This document shows, one piece after another, positions 26,751-36,616 of a stretch of 64,000 bases of DNA. The DNA is from an uncultured Chitinophaga sp. (GTDB taxonomy: Bacteria; Bacteroidota; Bacteroidia; 2-12-FULL-35-15), in assembly GCA_964549315.1 (NCBI GenBank), contig CAZJUY010000004.1:64268-128267 (forward strand). Direction: 5' to 3'. Every line of letters starts with the position of its first letter. Position 1 is the first letter of the stretch. The position numbers and the translations under genes were made by a program. Below the pieces are notes generated by a model. The model made no database searches, had not been told where the DNA came from, and saw nothing but the letters and a program-made list of their open reading frames with translations.

Positions 26751-27479
26751 TTATTTTTTGAAAAATATTCCATTACATTGCAACATTTCACCTGTTTTTT
26801 CATCTGTAAATGCAGGAGCTAGACTCATTAAATGAAAGCCTTGATTACTCATATATTCTAATATTTGTGGTAATAACCAATTTTGATTTTCATATAATGG
26901 AATTAATGAAATTTCCATTTCAATTCCTTTTGCTTTTTTTAGCGTTGAAGAAGCGCCTTTTAAAACTTCCTGTTCAAAACCTTGTACATCTATTTTTAAG
27001 AAAATATTTTTGGAATTAGAAATATATTCATTTGCAATTTCATCTAAAGGAAATACTTGAACTTTCTCTGTGCCAATTATTTTTGATTCTGGAGCACCTT
27101 CAATATGAGAATCAAGCATTTTAAGAACAGTACTACTGACAGAGTTCGCAGAAATGTTTATATCAATTAGTTCATTTTTTGACCCAATAGCGCAACGAGG
27201 TGCTACCTTCCAATTTGAATATTTTTTAGATTCTTGCTCAATTATGGAATGAACGGAAGATAAAGGTTCAAAAGAAACAATTTTGCCTACATACCCAGCA
27301 TCCATTATTCCTTTTGCATATTGACCTTTATTTGCACCGATGTCAAAAACTAAATCAATATTGTAATGATGCAAAAGTTTAATTCTTCTTAATTCTTCGC
27401 TACTTCCTGCAGTATATTTTCTGATTAGGATTCCAAATTTTTGAAAAAAATTTTTGGTTATTCGTTCAAAATTATTCAT
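26751..27479 (-). CDS. FkbM family methyltransferase
   Basis: DLVFDIGANKGQY matches SAM-binding motif I, typical of FkbM. Confidence 0.65.
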   Translation of the reverse strand: MNNFERITKNFFQKFGILIRKYTAGSSEELRRIKLLHHYNIDLVFDIGANKGQYAKGIMDAGYVGKIVSFEPLSSVHSIIEQESKKYSNWKVAPRCAIGSKNELIDINISANSVSSTVLKMLDSHIEGAPESKIIGTEKVQVFPLDEIANEYISNSKNIFLKIDVQGFEQEVLKGASSTLKKAKGIEMEISLIPLYENQNWLLPQILEYMSNQGFHLMSLAPAFTDEKTGEMLQCNGIFFKK

Positions 27480-27566
27480 TCAATTTATTGTCAATTTATA
27501 GATGTACAATATTAAACATTTTTAGTAGATGTAGCTTACCTCAAAATCAATAATTTACCTACATTT

Positions 27567-28448
27567 GTGTGTTATATGTCGGTTGAAAATAAATATAAAT
27601 CCACAAGCAATTTTATTAGTCAATGTGTAAATACATTGGTTTCATTCGCTAAAATTATTGCTATTTCTAAGTTTGGAAAACGATTGCCAAAAACAAGTGA
27701 TGAGGCTTGTATTGTTTTGGGTAACGGGCCTTCATTAAAACAATCATTTGAAAAACATCCTGATTTTTTCAAAAAACATGCTTTGGTATGTGTAAATAGT
27801 TTTTCTATTACAGAAGAATATACTATTCTTCAACCAAAATATTATGTGATTTTAGATTACAGCTTTTGGAAAAGTGATGCAGATGTGGTTGTTAAAACTA
27901 TAGAAGCCATTAAAACAAAAACAAATTGGGAAATGATTTTATTTGTTCCTCAAATGTCAGCTTCTTCAAAACGATTTGATAAATTAGTTGGTGAAAATAA
28001 AAATATAAAACTGCATTATTTTAATTATACTGTTTTTAAAGGGTTTGAATCTGTTGCAAATTATTTTTATTCAAAAAATTTGGCAATGCCGCAATCGCAA
28101 AACGTTTTAGTTGCAGCTTTGTTTTTAGCAATAAACTCAGGGTTTAAAAAAATATTTTTATTTGGTGCAGACCATACTTGGCATCAAACGCTTGCTGTAA
28201 ATGAGCAAAATCAATTGTGTTTAAAACACATTCATTTTTATGAACAAGAAGAAAAAATAAATCTTGTTCCTTTTTACAAAGGTGGCCATACGAAAGAAAC
28301 ATTTAGAATGGATGAAATTTTTGTCGCTTGGGCAAAAGTTTTTTGGGGGTATTTGATGTTGGAAAATTATGCTAAACAAAAAAATGTTAAAATTTTAAAT
28401 GCGAGTGAAATTAGCTTTATTGATGCATTTGAAAGAGTAAAATTATAA
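27567..28448 (+). CDS. GNGPSL-motif protein, possible CstII/GT42-like (or DUF115/Maf-like) nonulosonic-acid transferase
   Basis: The segment CIVLGNGPSL...LVCVNSF parallels IIAGNGPSL...VFRCNQF of Campylobacter CstII. FLFGADHTWHQ parallels YLSGIDFY. This rests on recall only. Confidence 0.35.
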   Translation: MCYMSVENKYKSTSNFISQCVNTLVSFAKIIAISKFGKRLPKTSDEACIVLGNGPSLKQSFEKHPDFFKKHALVCVNSFSITEEYTILQPKYYVILDYSFWKSDADVVVKTIEAIKTKTNWEMILFVPQMSASSKRFDKLVGENKNIKLHYFNYTVFKGFESVANYFYSKNLAMPQSQNVLVAALFLAINSGFKKIFLFGADHTWHQTLAVNEQNQLCLKHIHFYEQEEKINLVPFYKGGHTKETFRMDEIFVAWAKVFWGYLMLENYAKQKNVKILNASEISFIDAFERVKL

Positions 28449-28452
28449 TAAA

Positions 28453-29133
28453 ATGATTTCAATTTTTAATAATCCCACGGTACATTGGTTGAGATGGCTT
28501 TTTACTAAATGCTATTATCAACTAAATAATTTTGGAAAGCATTTGCATATCGAATACATGGTGGAGATTAAAAATTGCTTTTTTGGCAAATACAATAAAC
28601 TTTATAAATTTTCACGATTACGCAATTCTTCATTAGGTGATTTTAGTTATGTTGCTAGAAATTGTCAAATTTATAATACTCAAATTGGGAAATTCACTTG
28701 CATCGGACCAAATGTAAATACAGGAATGGGTGCTCATCCATCATCAGAGTTCGTTTCTTCTCATCCCTTGTTTTATTCTACTTTGGGACAGTCTTCAGGG
28801 CTAGTTATTGTAGATAAAAATTTATTTGACGAATTTCCATTGACAGAAATTGGAAATGATGTTTGGATTGGAAATAATGTAACAATTAAATATGGAGTGA
28901 AGATAGGAGATGGTGCTATTGTTGGCTCTGGTGCTATAGTAACAAAAGATGTGGAGCCATACAGCATTGTTGGAGGAGTACCAGCAAAAATTATTAAATA
29001 CAGATTTACACAAGAACAAATAGATTTTTTACTTCAGTTTAAATGGTGGGATAAGGAATTTGAGTGGATAAAAACGAATAAAGATCTTTTTACAAATATT
29101 GATTCTTTTGTGCTCGAACACCATAAAAAATAA
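28453..29133 (+). CDS. Hexapeptide-repeat (LbH) acetyltransferase, CatB/Vat-like
   Basis: IGNDVWIGNNVTIKYGVKIGDGAIVGSGAIVTKDVEPYSIVGGVPAKII forms left-handed beta-helix repeats. Confidence 0.75.
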   Translation: MISIFNNPTVHWLRWLFTKCYYQLNNFGKHLHIEYMVEIKNCFFGKYNKLYKFSRLRNSSLGDFSYVARNCQIYNTQIGKFTCIGPNVNTGMGAHPSSEFVSSHPLFYSTLGQSSGLVIVDKNLFDEFPLTEIGNDVWIGNNVTIKYGVKIGDGAIVGSGAIVTKDVEPYSIVGGVPAKIIKYRFTQEQIDFLLQFKWWDKEFEWIKTNKDLFTNIDSFVLEHHKK

Positions 29134-29175
29134 GATTCTTCAAACACTTTTTTATTCCGTAAAGTATCGTTATTT

Positions 29176-30216
29176 TTGACTTCAGAAAAAACAAGAAAAA
29201 TGCTCGATTTAAACGGAAAATCAATTTTAATTACTGGCGGTACAGGTTCTTTAGGTAAACACCTTACTAAAAATATTTTGGCTAAATACCCAGATGTAAA
29301 ACGTTTGGTTATTTTTTCGCGTGACGAACAAAAGCAATTTGAAATGGCTCAAGAATTTCCTACTGCTAAATATAAAGCAATTCGCTATTTTATTGGCGAT
29401 GTAAGAGATTTTGAAAGATTAAAAAAAGCATTTAAAGAAATAGAATATGTGATTCATGCTGCTGCTATGAAACATGTTCCTATTGCTGAATATAATCCAA
29501 TGGAATGTGTAAAAACAAATGTGTTAGGAGCAGAAAATGTTATTAATGCAGCATTGGAATCGGAAGTGAAGAATGTAGTTGCTCTTTCAACTGATAAAGC
29601 TGCTGCTCCAATTAATTTATATGGAGCAACAAAATTATGTTCTGATAAACTTTTTGTTGCTGCAAACAATGTAAAAGGGAAACGTGATATTAAGTTTTCG
29701 GTTGTTCGTTACGGTAATGTTATGGGTTCTAATGGTTCAGTGATTCCATTTTTTATTAAAAAGAAAAAAGAGGGTGTTTTGCCAATTACCGACCCTAATA
29801 TGACGCGATTTAATATTTCATTACAAGGTGGTGTTGATATGGTTTTACACGCTATGGAAACTGCTTGGGGGGGCGAAATTTTTGTTCCTAAAATACCTTC
29901 TTACAAAATAACGGATGTAGCACAAGCTATTGCTCCAGAAGCAAAACAAGAAATTGTTGGCATAAGACCTGGAGAAAAACTTCATGAAGAAATGATTACG
30001 TCATCAGACTCTTTTACTACTTACGATTTAGGGAAATATTATGCAATTTTACCTCAGGTGCCAAACTTCAATTTACAAGATTTCATTAAACAGTTTAGTG
30101 CTAAATTGGTAAAGCAAGGTTTTCAATACAATTCAGGTGAAAACAAAGAATGGGTTGGAGTAGATGATTTAAGAGCTTTAATCAAAGAACATGTAGATAG
30201 TTCATTTTCTATTTAA
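29176..30216 (+). CDS. pseB: UDP-N-acetylglucosamine 4,6-dehydratase (inverting), PseB/FlaA1-type
   Basis: The N-terminus ILITGGTGSLGKHL is a Rossmann motif. FSRDEQKQ and the GDVRD..L...F...VIHAAAMKHVPIAEYNP motifs are present. The ~340-aa length is typical of the short PseB form. Confidence 0.8.
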   Translation: MTSEKTRKMLDLNGKSILITGGTGSLGKHLTKNILAKYPDVKRLVIFSRDEQKQFEMAQEFPTAKYKAIRYFIGDVRDFERLKKAFKEIEYVIHAAAMKHVPIAEYNPMECVKTNVLGAENVINAALESEVKNVVALSTDKAAAPINLYGATKLCSDKLFVAANNVKGKRDIKFSVVRYGNVMGSNGSVIPFFIKKKKEGVLPITDPNMTRFNISLQGGVDMVLHAMETAWGGEIFVPKIPSYKITDVAQAIAPEAKQEIVGIRPGEKLHEEMITSSDSFTTYDLGKYYAILPQVPNFNLQDFIKQFSAKLVKQGFQYNSGENKEWVGVDDLRALIKEHVDSSFSI

Positions 30217-30240
30217 TATTTCCATTCAATTTATAAAACA

Positions 30241-31044
30241 ATGAAAGAGGTTTCAATTAACGAATATCTTAATATAAATAATGTTTGGACGAAGAGGCTA
30301 CTTGGATTAACTGACTTCAAAAAAAACAGAGACGTTAATCAAGTAGAAAACGAATATAATCTTGATAAATATGCAAAATTACTAAAGGTAAATTTGCAAA
30401 CTGTTGAAGAATACAAATGTTTGGAGTTTGAGCAAGCTGGTTTAAATCCAATTAATGGGGAGATGTATATTTCATTTGACGATACTATATTTAAAACAAA
30501 TGTTAGTAATATGAGGGCATTGTATTATAACATGATTAAAAATACGATGTCAAAATATGGTTCTGAAAATAATTGTGAATTAGGCTGTGGATATGGCTAT
30601 AATTTAAGCTATTTGTCAGGAAATGTTTATGGAGGAGAATATTCAAAAAATGCAGTTACACTTGCACAAAAATTAGGATTAAATGTAGTTGAGTTTAATT
30701 ATTATGAAGACAAAGATTATAATTTTATTGTTCCTAATTCAACCATTTTTACAACGCATAGCATCGAACAAATTCCAGATGCAACTGTAATAATAAATAA
30801 TCTTGAAAAGCAAAAGAGCAAAATAAATTATGTAGTACACTTTGAGCCAACTGTTGTTGAAGAAAGAACTAGTTTGCTTGGTCTTTTAAGAAACAAATAC
30901 ATGGAATTAAATGACTACAATAGAAATTTAATTTCCGTATTAAAAAACAGAAGCGATATTGAAATTTTGGAACTGAAAACTGATATTTTTGGCTTGGTTC
31001 CTTTAAACACTACAAACCTAATTGTGTGGAAATTCAAAAAATAA
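30241..31044 (+). CDS. Putative class I SAM-dependent methyltransferase
   Basis: ELGCGYGYNL resembles methyltransferase motif I. There is no further support. Confidence 0.35.
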   Translation: MKEVSINEYLNINNVWTKRLLGLTDFKKNRDVNQVENEYNLDKYAKLLKVNLQTVEEYKCLEFEQAGLNPINGEMYISFDDTIFKTNVSNMRALYYNMIKNTMSKYGSENNCELGCGYGYNLSYLSGNVYGGEYSKNAVTLAQKLGLNVVEFNYYEDKDYNFIVPNSTIFTTHSIEQIPDATVIINNLEKQKSKINYVVHFEPTVVEERTSLLGLLRNKYMELNDYNRNLISVLKNRSDIEILELKTDIFGLVPLNTTNLIVWKFKK

Positions 31045-31783
31045 TTTGACAAACATTCACCAAAATATTGGAATTATTACACAAGCGAGAATGACAAGTA
31101 CTCGTTTGCCAGGTAAAATTTTTAAAGAAATAAATCGAAAATCACTTTTAGCATATCATATTGAAAGATTGCAAAAAACAGGATTTGATATTTGTATTGC
31201 TACAACTACAAATTCGGATGATGATGTAGTTTGTGAGTATGCAAACAACAACAACATTAAATTATACAGAGGCAGTGAGCACAATGTTTTAAGCCGATTT
31301 TATGAAGCAGCATTAAAATATAAATTTGATATCATTGTCCGTGTTACTTCGGATTGCCCTTTGATTGATCCTCACTTAATTAGAAATGCAGTAGAAAAGT
31401 ACTTGCAGTTTAATAATCAAAACATGTACATAAGCAACGGTATAGAACGTACTTTTGCTCGTGGTTTTGATTTCGAAATTTTTAGTTTTAAAGCATTAGA
31501 AGATGCATATAAAAATGCATCAGATGAATCAGACATAGAACATGTAACTCCATATATTTGGAAAAATAAATCAGGTTTGATTCAATTTTATTATGTAAAG
31601 CAGAGTGAAAACCATAGTAATTTCAGGATTACTGTGGATACTCAAGAAGATTTTAATCTGATTAAAGAGTTAATAGAAAAATATAATGCTGACAACTTAT
31701 CATATAATGAAATAGAATCCATTTTAATAAATCACTCTGAATTGGTAAAAATTAATTCTCATATAGAACAAAAAAAAGTTTAA
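31022..31783 (+). CDS. SpsF/PseF-like CMP-sugar cytidylyltransferase
   Basis: GIITQARMTSTRLPGK matches the ARMGSxRLPGK P-loop of SpsF/FlmC-type cytidylyltransferases. The start may be the TTG at 31044. Confidence 0.6.
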   Translation: MCGNSKNNLTNIHQNIGIITQARMTSTRLPGKIFKEINRKSLLAYHIERLQKTGFDICIATTTNSDDDVVCEYANNNNIKLYRGSEHNVLSRFYEAALKYKFDIIVRVTSDCPLIDPHLIRNAVEKYLQFNNQNMYISNGIERTFARGFDFEIFSFKALEDAYKNASDESDIEHVTPYIWKNKSGLIQFYYVKQSENHSNFRITVDTQEDFNLIKELIEKYNADNLSYNEIESILINHSELVKINSHIEQKKV

Positions 31784-31785
31784 GC

Positions 31786-32610
31786 ATGGAAAATTTAGTA
31801 AAACAGAAATTCGATAAAGATGGTTATGCTTTGGTAGAAAAAGTATTTTCTGAGAAAGAAATTTCTGAAATGAGAAAACTAGTTTACAATCAATATGAAA
31901 TTGATAAGCAAAAAGGATTGACATTTCAGTTGCCGCACTTAAAAACAAAAGCCAAATATGCAAAAGGAGATTTGTTGAGTAAAGAATTATTGCATACGAT
32001 ATTATTAGACGAGAGAATTTTGAAAATTGCTAGAACAGTTTTGGGAAGTGATGATATTGTTTATTTTGGTGATAGTTCTTACCAATTAGGAACAGGTTTG
32101 CGTGGTTTTCATCGTGATTGTATAGATAGAACAGATTTAACTGCTCCCGATTGGCAAAGTGATTATACATTAATTAGAATAGGAATTTATCTTCAAAATC
32201 ATAAAAATTATAGTGGAGGTTTAAAAGTTAAAATTGGAACTCATTTGAATGCTGATGGAAAGTCCGTATTTGTTGATAACGAAACAGGAGACGTAGCTAC
32301 TTGGAGTTTAAAAACAATTCATAGCGGTAATGCAGTTCGTTTAAAATTGTTTCCGAACTTATCTATAGACAAAGGTGAAGGTCGAATACCAGCTTTCATG
32401 AAAAAGGATGAACCTACAGAAAGAATTTCATTGTTTATGACATTTGGGTTAAAGGGGTTTCATTTAGATCGTTATATAAAAGAGTATGAGCTAAAAAGAG
32501 AAGATACCGTAGCACATTTAAAAGCTTCTAAGTATTCTTCAAATGCCCTTGATCTTGCTAAAAATAGAGGGGTTGAAATATTAAAATTATTTCCAGAACA
32601 AGGAGTATAG
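31786..32610 (+). CDS. Phytanoyl-CoA dioxygenase (PhyH)-like Fe(II)/2-oxoglutarate oxygenase
   Basis: An HRD...H facial-triad arrangement is present (GFHRDC ... TIHSGN). The assignment is tentative. Confidence 0.4.
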   Translation: MENLVKQKFDKDGYALVEKVFSEKEISEMRKLVYNQYEIDKQKGLTFQLPHLKTKAKYAKGDLLSKELLHTILLDERILKIARTVLGSDDIVYFGDSSYQLGTGLRGFHRDCIDRTDLTAPDWQSDYTLIRIGIYLQNHKNYSGGLKVKIGTHLNADGKSVFVDNETGDVATWSLKTIHSGNAVRLKLFPNLSIDKGEGRIPAFMKKDEPTERISLFMTFGLKGFHLDRYIKEYELKREDTVAHLKASKYSSNALDLAKNRGVEILKLFPEQGV

Positions 32611-32611
32611 A

Positions 32612-33634
32612 ATGAAAAGAAATATTATTATTCGTGCTGATGGAGGAAGTTCAATTGGAATGGGTCATGTGGTGCGTAGTTTAGCATTAGCGGAAATGTT
32701 AAAGAGCGAATTTGATATTTATTTTGCTATTCAAAACCCTTCAGATTATGTTTTAAATACAATTCAAAAAACCACATCTAACCTAATATCATTACCATCA
32801 ACCAATAATTTCATTGAGGATTTAAACAATTTTTTGAATCATTTAAAAGGCGATGAAATTGTAGTTTTGGATGGATATAATTTTGAATCCGAATACCAAA
32901 ATGGAATAAAAGAGAAAGGATGTAAACTTGTAGTCATTGATGATTTGCACAGTTGGCATCAGGTTGCAGATATTGTGATTAACCATGCTGATGGAGCAAG
33001 TCAAATGGATTATTCTGCTGAATCTTATACTGAGTTTTACTTAGGATTGAACTATATTTTACTTAGAAAAGAGTTTTTACATTCTGATTTTAGAAAAAAT
33101 AAAATCACTTCTGTTTCTAAATTTTTTATTAGTATGGGAGCGGCAGATGAGCATAATAATACTTTAAAATTTGCAGAAGCATTATCAGAAATAAAATCTG
33201 TGACTGAAATCCATTTGATGCTTTCTGATCTCAATCCTCATATTAGGAAAATAGAGAATTTAGCTTTTCAGAATCCTCAAATTAAAATGCATCTTCACTT
33301 ATCAGCTAAAGAAATAGTAGAGCTTTTGCAAAAATGTGATGCTGTAATATGTCCTGCAAGTAGTATTTCATTAGAATCTTGTGCTGTTGGAGTAGGTTTA
33401 ATTTCTGGTACTACAGCTGCAAATCAAATAGGGAATTTAAACGGGCTAATTAAACACAAAACTTTAATTAACTTTGGAGATATGAATTCATTAACATCAA
33501 AAGATATAAAAAATAAACTTTTAAAGTTAATTCCTTATCCAACCGTTTTTAATGAATTAATTAGCAACCAAAAGCAAATGATTGATGGTAAGTCGCCAGA
33601 AAGATTGTTGAATGTATTTAAAAAAATGAATTGA
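32612..33634 (+). CDS. pseG: UDP-2,4-diacetamido-2,4,6-trideoxy-beta-L-altropyranose hydrolase
   Basis: The N-terminus IIRADGGSSIGMGHVVRSLALA is the PseG/SpsG hallmark. The protein has a GT-B fold and is 340 aa. Confidence 0.75.
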   Translation: MKRNIIIRADGGSSIGMGHVVRSLALAEMLKSEFDIYFAIQNPSDYVLNTIQKTTSNLISLPSTNNFIEDLNNFLNHLKGDEIVVLDGYNFESEYQNGIKEKGCKLVVIDDLHSWHQVADIVINHADGASQMDYSAESYTEFYLGLNYILLRKEFLHSDFRKNKITSVSKFFISMGAADEHNNTLKFAEALSEIKSVTEIHLMLSDLNPHIRKIENLAFQNPQIKMHLHLSAKEIVELLQKCDAVICPASSISLESCAVGVGLISGTTAANQIGNLNGLIKHKTLINFGDMNSLTSKDIKNKLLKLIPYPTVFNELISNQKQMIDGKSPERLLNVFKKMN

Positions 33635-33635
33635 G

Positions 33636-34115
33636 ATGAACCATCTATCATTTAGGCTTGCAAATGAAAATGATGTTGACTTGTTTTTTAACTGGGCAAA
33701 TGATAAAGTTGTTAGAGATAATTCATACAATAAAGAAAAAATCGAGTACAACAGCCATGTTAAATGGTTTAATAATAAAATAAAATCTATTGATTGTAAA
33801 TTTTATGTCTTTTTAAATAAATTGAATGAAGAGGTAGGGCAAGTTAGGATTGAAAATTTGAAGAGTGAAACAATTATTGGAATTTCGATAGATGAAAATC
33901 ATAGAGGACATAATTATGCTGTGGAAATGCTTTTAAAAGCAACGGCTGATTTTTTTAATCAAAATCCTAATGAAATTATAGTTGCCTATATAAAAATAAA
34001 TAATGTAGCTTCATATAAAAGTTTTATTAAATCGGGTTTTGGGAACGAAGAAATTGTTGAAGTAAACAATGAAAAGAGTTTTAAGCTCTATAAAAAATAT
34101 GAGTCAAGTAATTAA
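33636..34115 (+). CDS. pseH: GNAT N-acetyltransferase, PseH-like
   Basis: A 159-aa GNAT fold sits between pseG and pseI. The N-terminal FRLANENDVDLFFNWAND resembles PseH. Confidence 0.6.
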   Translation: MNHLSFRLANENDVDLFFNWANDKVVRDNSYNKEKIEYNSHVKWFNNKIKSIDCKFYVFLNKLNEEVGQVRIENLKSETIIGISIDENHRGHNYAVEMLLKATADFFNQNPNEIIVAYIKINNVASYKSFIKSGFGNEEIVEVNNEKSFKLYKKYESSN

Positions 34116-35142
34116 AATAGGAAATTTTGAAATTTCAGAAAATAATAAACCATTTATTATTGCTGAAATGAGTGGTAATCACAATCAATCATTGGATAGA
34201 GCTATAGAGCTTGTTGATGCTGCTGCTGCTGCTGGTGCGCATGCGTTAAAACTTCAAACTTATACTGCTGATACCATAACAATGAAAGGCGTTCTTACAA
34301 TTGAAGATAAAAATTCATTATGGAACGGAAAAGAATTACACGATTTATATAAAATGGCTTATACACCTTGGGAGTGGCACAAAGCTATTTTTGATAGAGC
34401 AAAAGAAAAAGGGATGGAAGCTTTCAGCTCTCCTTTTGATGAAACTGCTGTGGATTTTTTAGAGTCCTTAAATGTACCTGCATATAAAATTGCATCATTT
34501 GAAAATACGCATCATCCATTGTTAAAGAAAGTTGCAAAAACAGGTAAGCCAGTTATTGTTTCAACTGGAGTAACAAATCAGACTGACATAGATGAAGCTG
34601 TAGATGTATTGAAAAAAAATGGATGCACAAATATTATACTGTTAAAATGTACAAGTACATATCCTGCTACTCCAGAAAATACAAACTTAATGACGATACC
34701 CGATATGCAAAAAAAATACGGTTGTATTGTGGGCTTGTCGGATCATACAATGGGTGTTGGTGCTTCGGTTGCTGCCGTTGCTTTAGGCGCAAGAGTGATA
34801 GAAAAACATTTTACATTAAGAAGAGCTGATGGAGGTGTTGACAGTGCATTTTCATTGGAGCCTGAAGAATTAAAATCGCTTGTTGTTGAAACAGAAAGAG
34901 CTTTTTTAGCATTAGGAAAAGTTCAATATGGCATTCAAGCTGCTGAGGAAAAAAGTGTAATGTTTAAACGCTCGATATATGTGTCAAAAGATATAAAAGT
35001 TGGTGATGTGTTTAGTGCTGATAACCTAAAAATTATTCGTCCCGCATTGGGTTTGGCACCCAAATATTGGGATGACGTAATTGGGAAAAAATCAAAATCA
35101 GATTTAAAAGCTGGAACCCCTTTATCAAAAGAATTTTTATAA
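34099..35142 (+). CDS. pseI: Pseudaminic acid synthase (NeuB family)
   Basis: PFIIAEMSGNHNQSLDRAIELVDAAAAAGAHALKLQTY matches the NeuB TIM-barrel N-terminus. A C-terminal SAF/antifreeze-like domain is present. The start is taken as the ATG at 34099. Confidence 0.85.
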   Translation: MSQVIKIGNFEISENNKPFIIAEMSGNHNQSLDRAIELVDAAAAAGAHALKLQTYTADTITMKGVLTIEDKNSLWNGKELHDLYKMAYTPWEWHKAIFDRAKEKGMEAFSSPFDETAVDFLESLNVPAYKIASFENTHHPLLKKVAKTGKPVIVSTGVTNQTDIDEAVDVLKKNGCTNIILLKCTSTYPATPENTNLMTIPDMQKKYGCIVGLSDHTMGVGASVAAVALGARVIEKHFTLRRADGGVDSAFSLEPEELKSLVVETERAFLALGKVQYGIQAAEEKSVMFKRSIYVSKDIKVGDVFSADNLKIIRPALGLAPKYWDDVIGKKSKSDLKAGTPLSKEFL

Positions 35143-35149
35143 AGAATTA

Positions 35150-36616
35150 ATGGGCATAATAGAAAAACAAGCTACACGTAATGCAATTTACTCTTATTTG
35201 GGTGCAGGGCTTGGCTTTATTACTACAGTTTGGTTTGCTCATTCATTAACAACTGCTGAAAACGGTTTGTTGCGAGTAATGGTTTCTTTAGCAGCTCTTA
35301 TTTCCCAGTTCGCTAATTTGGGTTTTCAAACTGTAACCATTCGTTTTTTCCCTTTTTTTAGAAACAAGGAAAAAGGTCATCATGGCTTTTTATTCTATAG
35401 TATTCTCATTGCCTTACTTGGTTTTGCAATTAGTTTGGTTTTGTTTTTTTTATTTCAAGACAAACTGATTGAAAGTAATGTGGAGAAATCTAAATTGTTT
35501 GTTGAGTATTTGTATTATTTAATGCCACTTACTTTTTTCACTTTATTTTTTAATGTTTTTGACAGCTACTTGCGTGCAAGTTTTAATTCAGTGATTGGTT
35601 CCCTAACAAAAGAACTTATTCAAAGAGTTTTGATAATCGCTTCTTTAGCATTGTACTTTTTTAATTTCATTAGTTTTTCAATATTTTTCTTTTTATATAT
35701 TACAGCTACTTGTTTACCAACGTTGATGCTTTTGTTTGCGATAATAAAAGCAGACGAATGGCATGTGAAACCTGTGAAAGGATTTTTAACAAAAGAGTTT
35801 AAAAACGATATTTTTAAAATGAGTATTTATTCCATTTTATCGGGTGGAGCAGGAGCTATTATCCTAAGTATTGATACTATTATGGTAAACCAATTGCTAG
35901 GAGTAAGTAAAACTGGAGTATATGGAATTGTGTTTTATTTTGGAACTATTATGTTAATTCCTGCTCGTTCTATTTATCGTATTACTTCTAGTATTGTAGC
36001 AGAAGCATTTAAAAAAGAAAACTTTAAAGAGATTCATGAGTTGTACAATAAATCTTGTAACTCCCAATTGGCAATTGGTTTATTCTTATTCATTGGCATT
36101 TATACCAATATTGAAAATATAATGGCATTATTGCCTGAAGAATATTATGCAGGTAAAAGTGTAATATTAATAATCAGTGCAGGCTATTTAGTTGAAATGG
36201 CAACAGGTATTAATCAAGTAATTATATCCAACTCAAAGTATTTTAGATATGATACTTATTTTGTTTTTTTATTAGTTGGAATTGTAGTTGCCGCTAATTT
36301 AATTTTTATTCCCTTGTACGGAATTTCTGGTTCTGCAGTAGCCACAGCTATAACTATTGCTGTAGGGAATGGCATACGCTTTTTGTTTTTGTTGTATAAA
36401 TACAAAATGCAACCTTATGATATTAACACACTTAAACTTTTAGTTATAGGAATTTTTGTTTTTGTTGTAGGGTATTTTATACCTCATCTACCCAACACAT
36501 TTTTAGATATTATTATTAGAGGTTCGGTAGTTACTTTGCTTTTTATATTCTTAATTTATACTACCAAAGCAACACCTGATTTAAATTCTAAATTAAAGCG
36601 AGTATTAAAATTTTAA
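35150..36616 (+). CDS. Oligosaccharide flippase (Wzx/MOP family) polysaccharide biosynthesis protein
   Basis: The protein has ~12-14 TM helices and is 488 aa. It lies at the end of the glycan cluster. Confidence 0.7.
   Translation: MGIIEKQATRNAIYSYLGAGLGFITTVWFAHSLTTAENGLLRVMVSLAALISQFANLGFQTVTIRFFPFFRNKEKGHHGFLFYSILIALLGFAISLVLFFLFQDKLIESNVEKSKLFVEYLYYLMPLTFFTLFFNVFDSYLRASFNSVIGSLTKELIQRVLIIASLALYFFNFISFSIFFFLYITATCLPTLMLLFAIIKADEWHVKPVKGFLTKEFKNDIFKMSIYSILSGGAGAIILSIDTIMVNQLLGVSKTGVYGIVFYFGTIMLIPARSIYRITSSIVAEAFKKENFKEIHELYNKSCNSQLAIGLFLFIGIYTNIENIMALLPEEYYAGKSVILIISAGYLVEMATGINQVIISNSKYFRYDTYFVFLLVGIVVAANLIFIPLYGISGSAVATAITIAVGNGIRFLFLLYKYKMQPYDINTLKLLVIGIFVFVVGYFIPHLPNTFLDIIIRGSVVTLLFIFLIYTTKATPDLNSKLKRVLKF

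Noticed and set aside
31022-31044. Apparent 23-bp overlap between the methyltransferase-like gene and the cytidylyltransferase
   Set aside because: It likely reflects start-codon choice: the cytidylyltransferase may begin at the TTG at 31044 or at an internal Met. It is not evidence of a frameshift or fusion.
33557-33751. Small antisense ORFs within pseG/pseH, and similar <100-aa ORFs listed throughout (e.g. 8450-8692, 12095-12283, 23558-23806, 29454-29669, 47298-47698)
   Set aside because: They overlap strongly supported genes on the opposite strand or in another frame and have no start context. They were treated as spurious.
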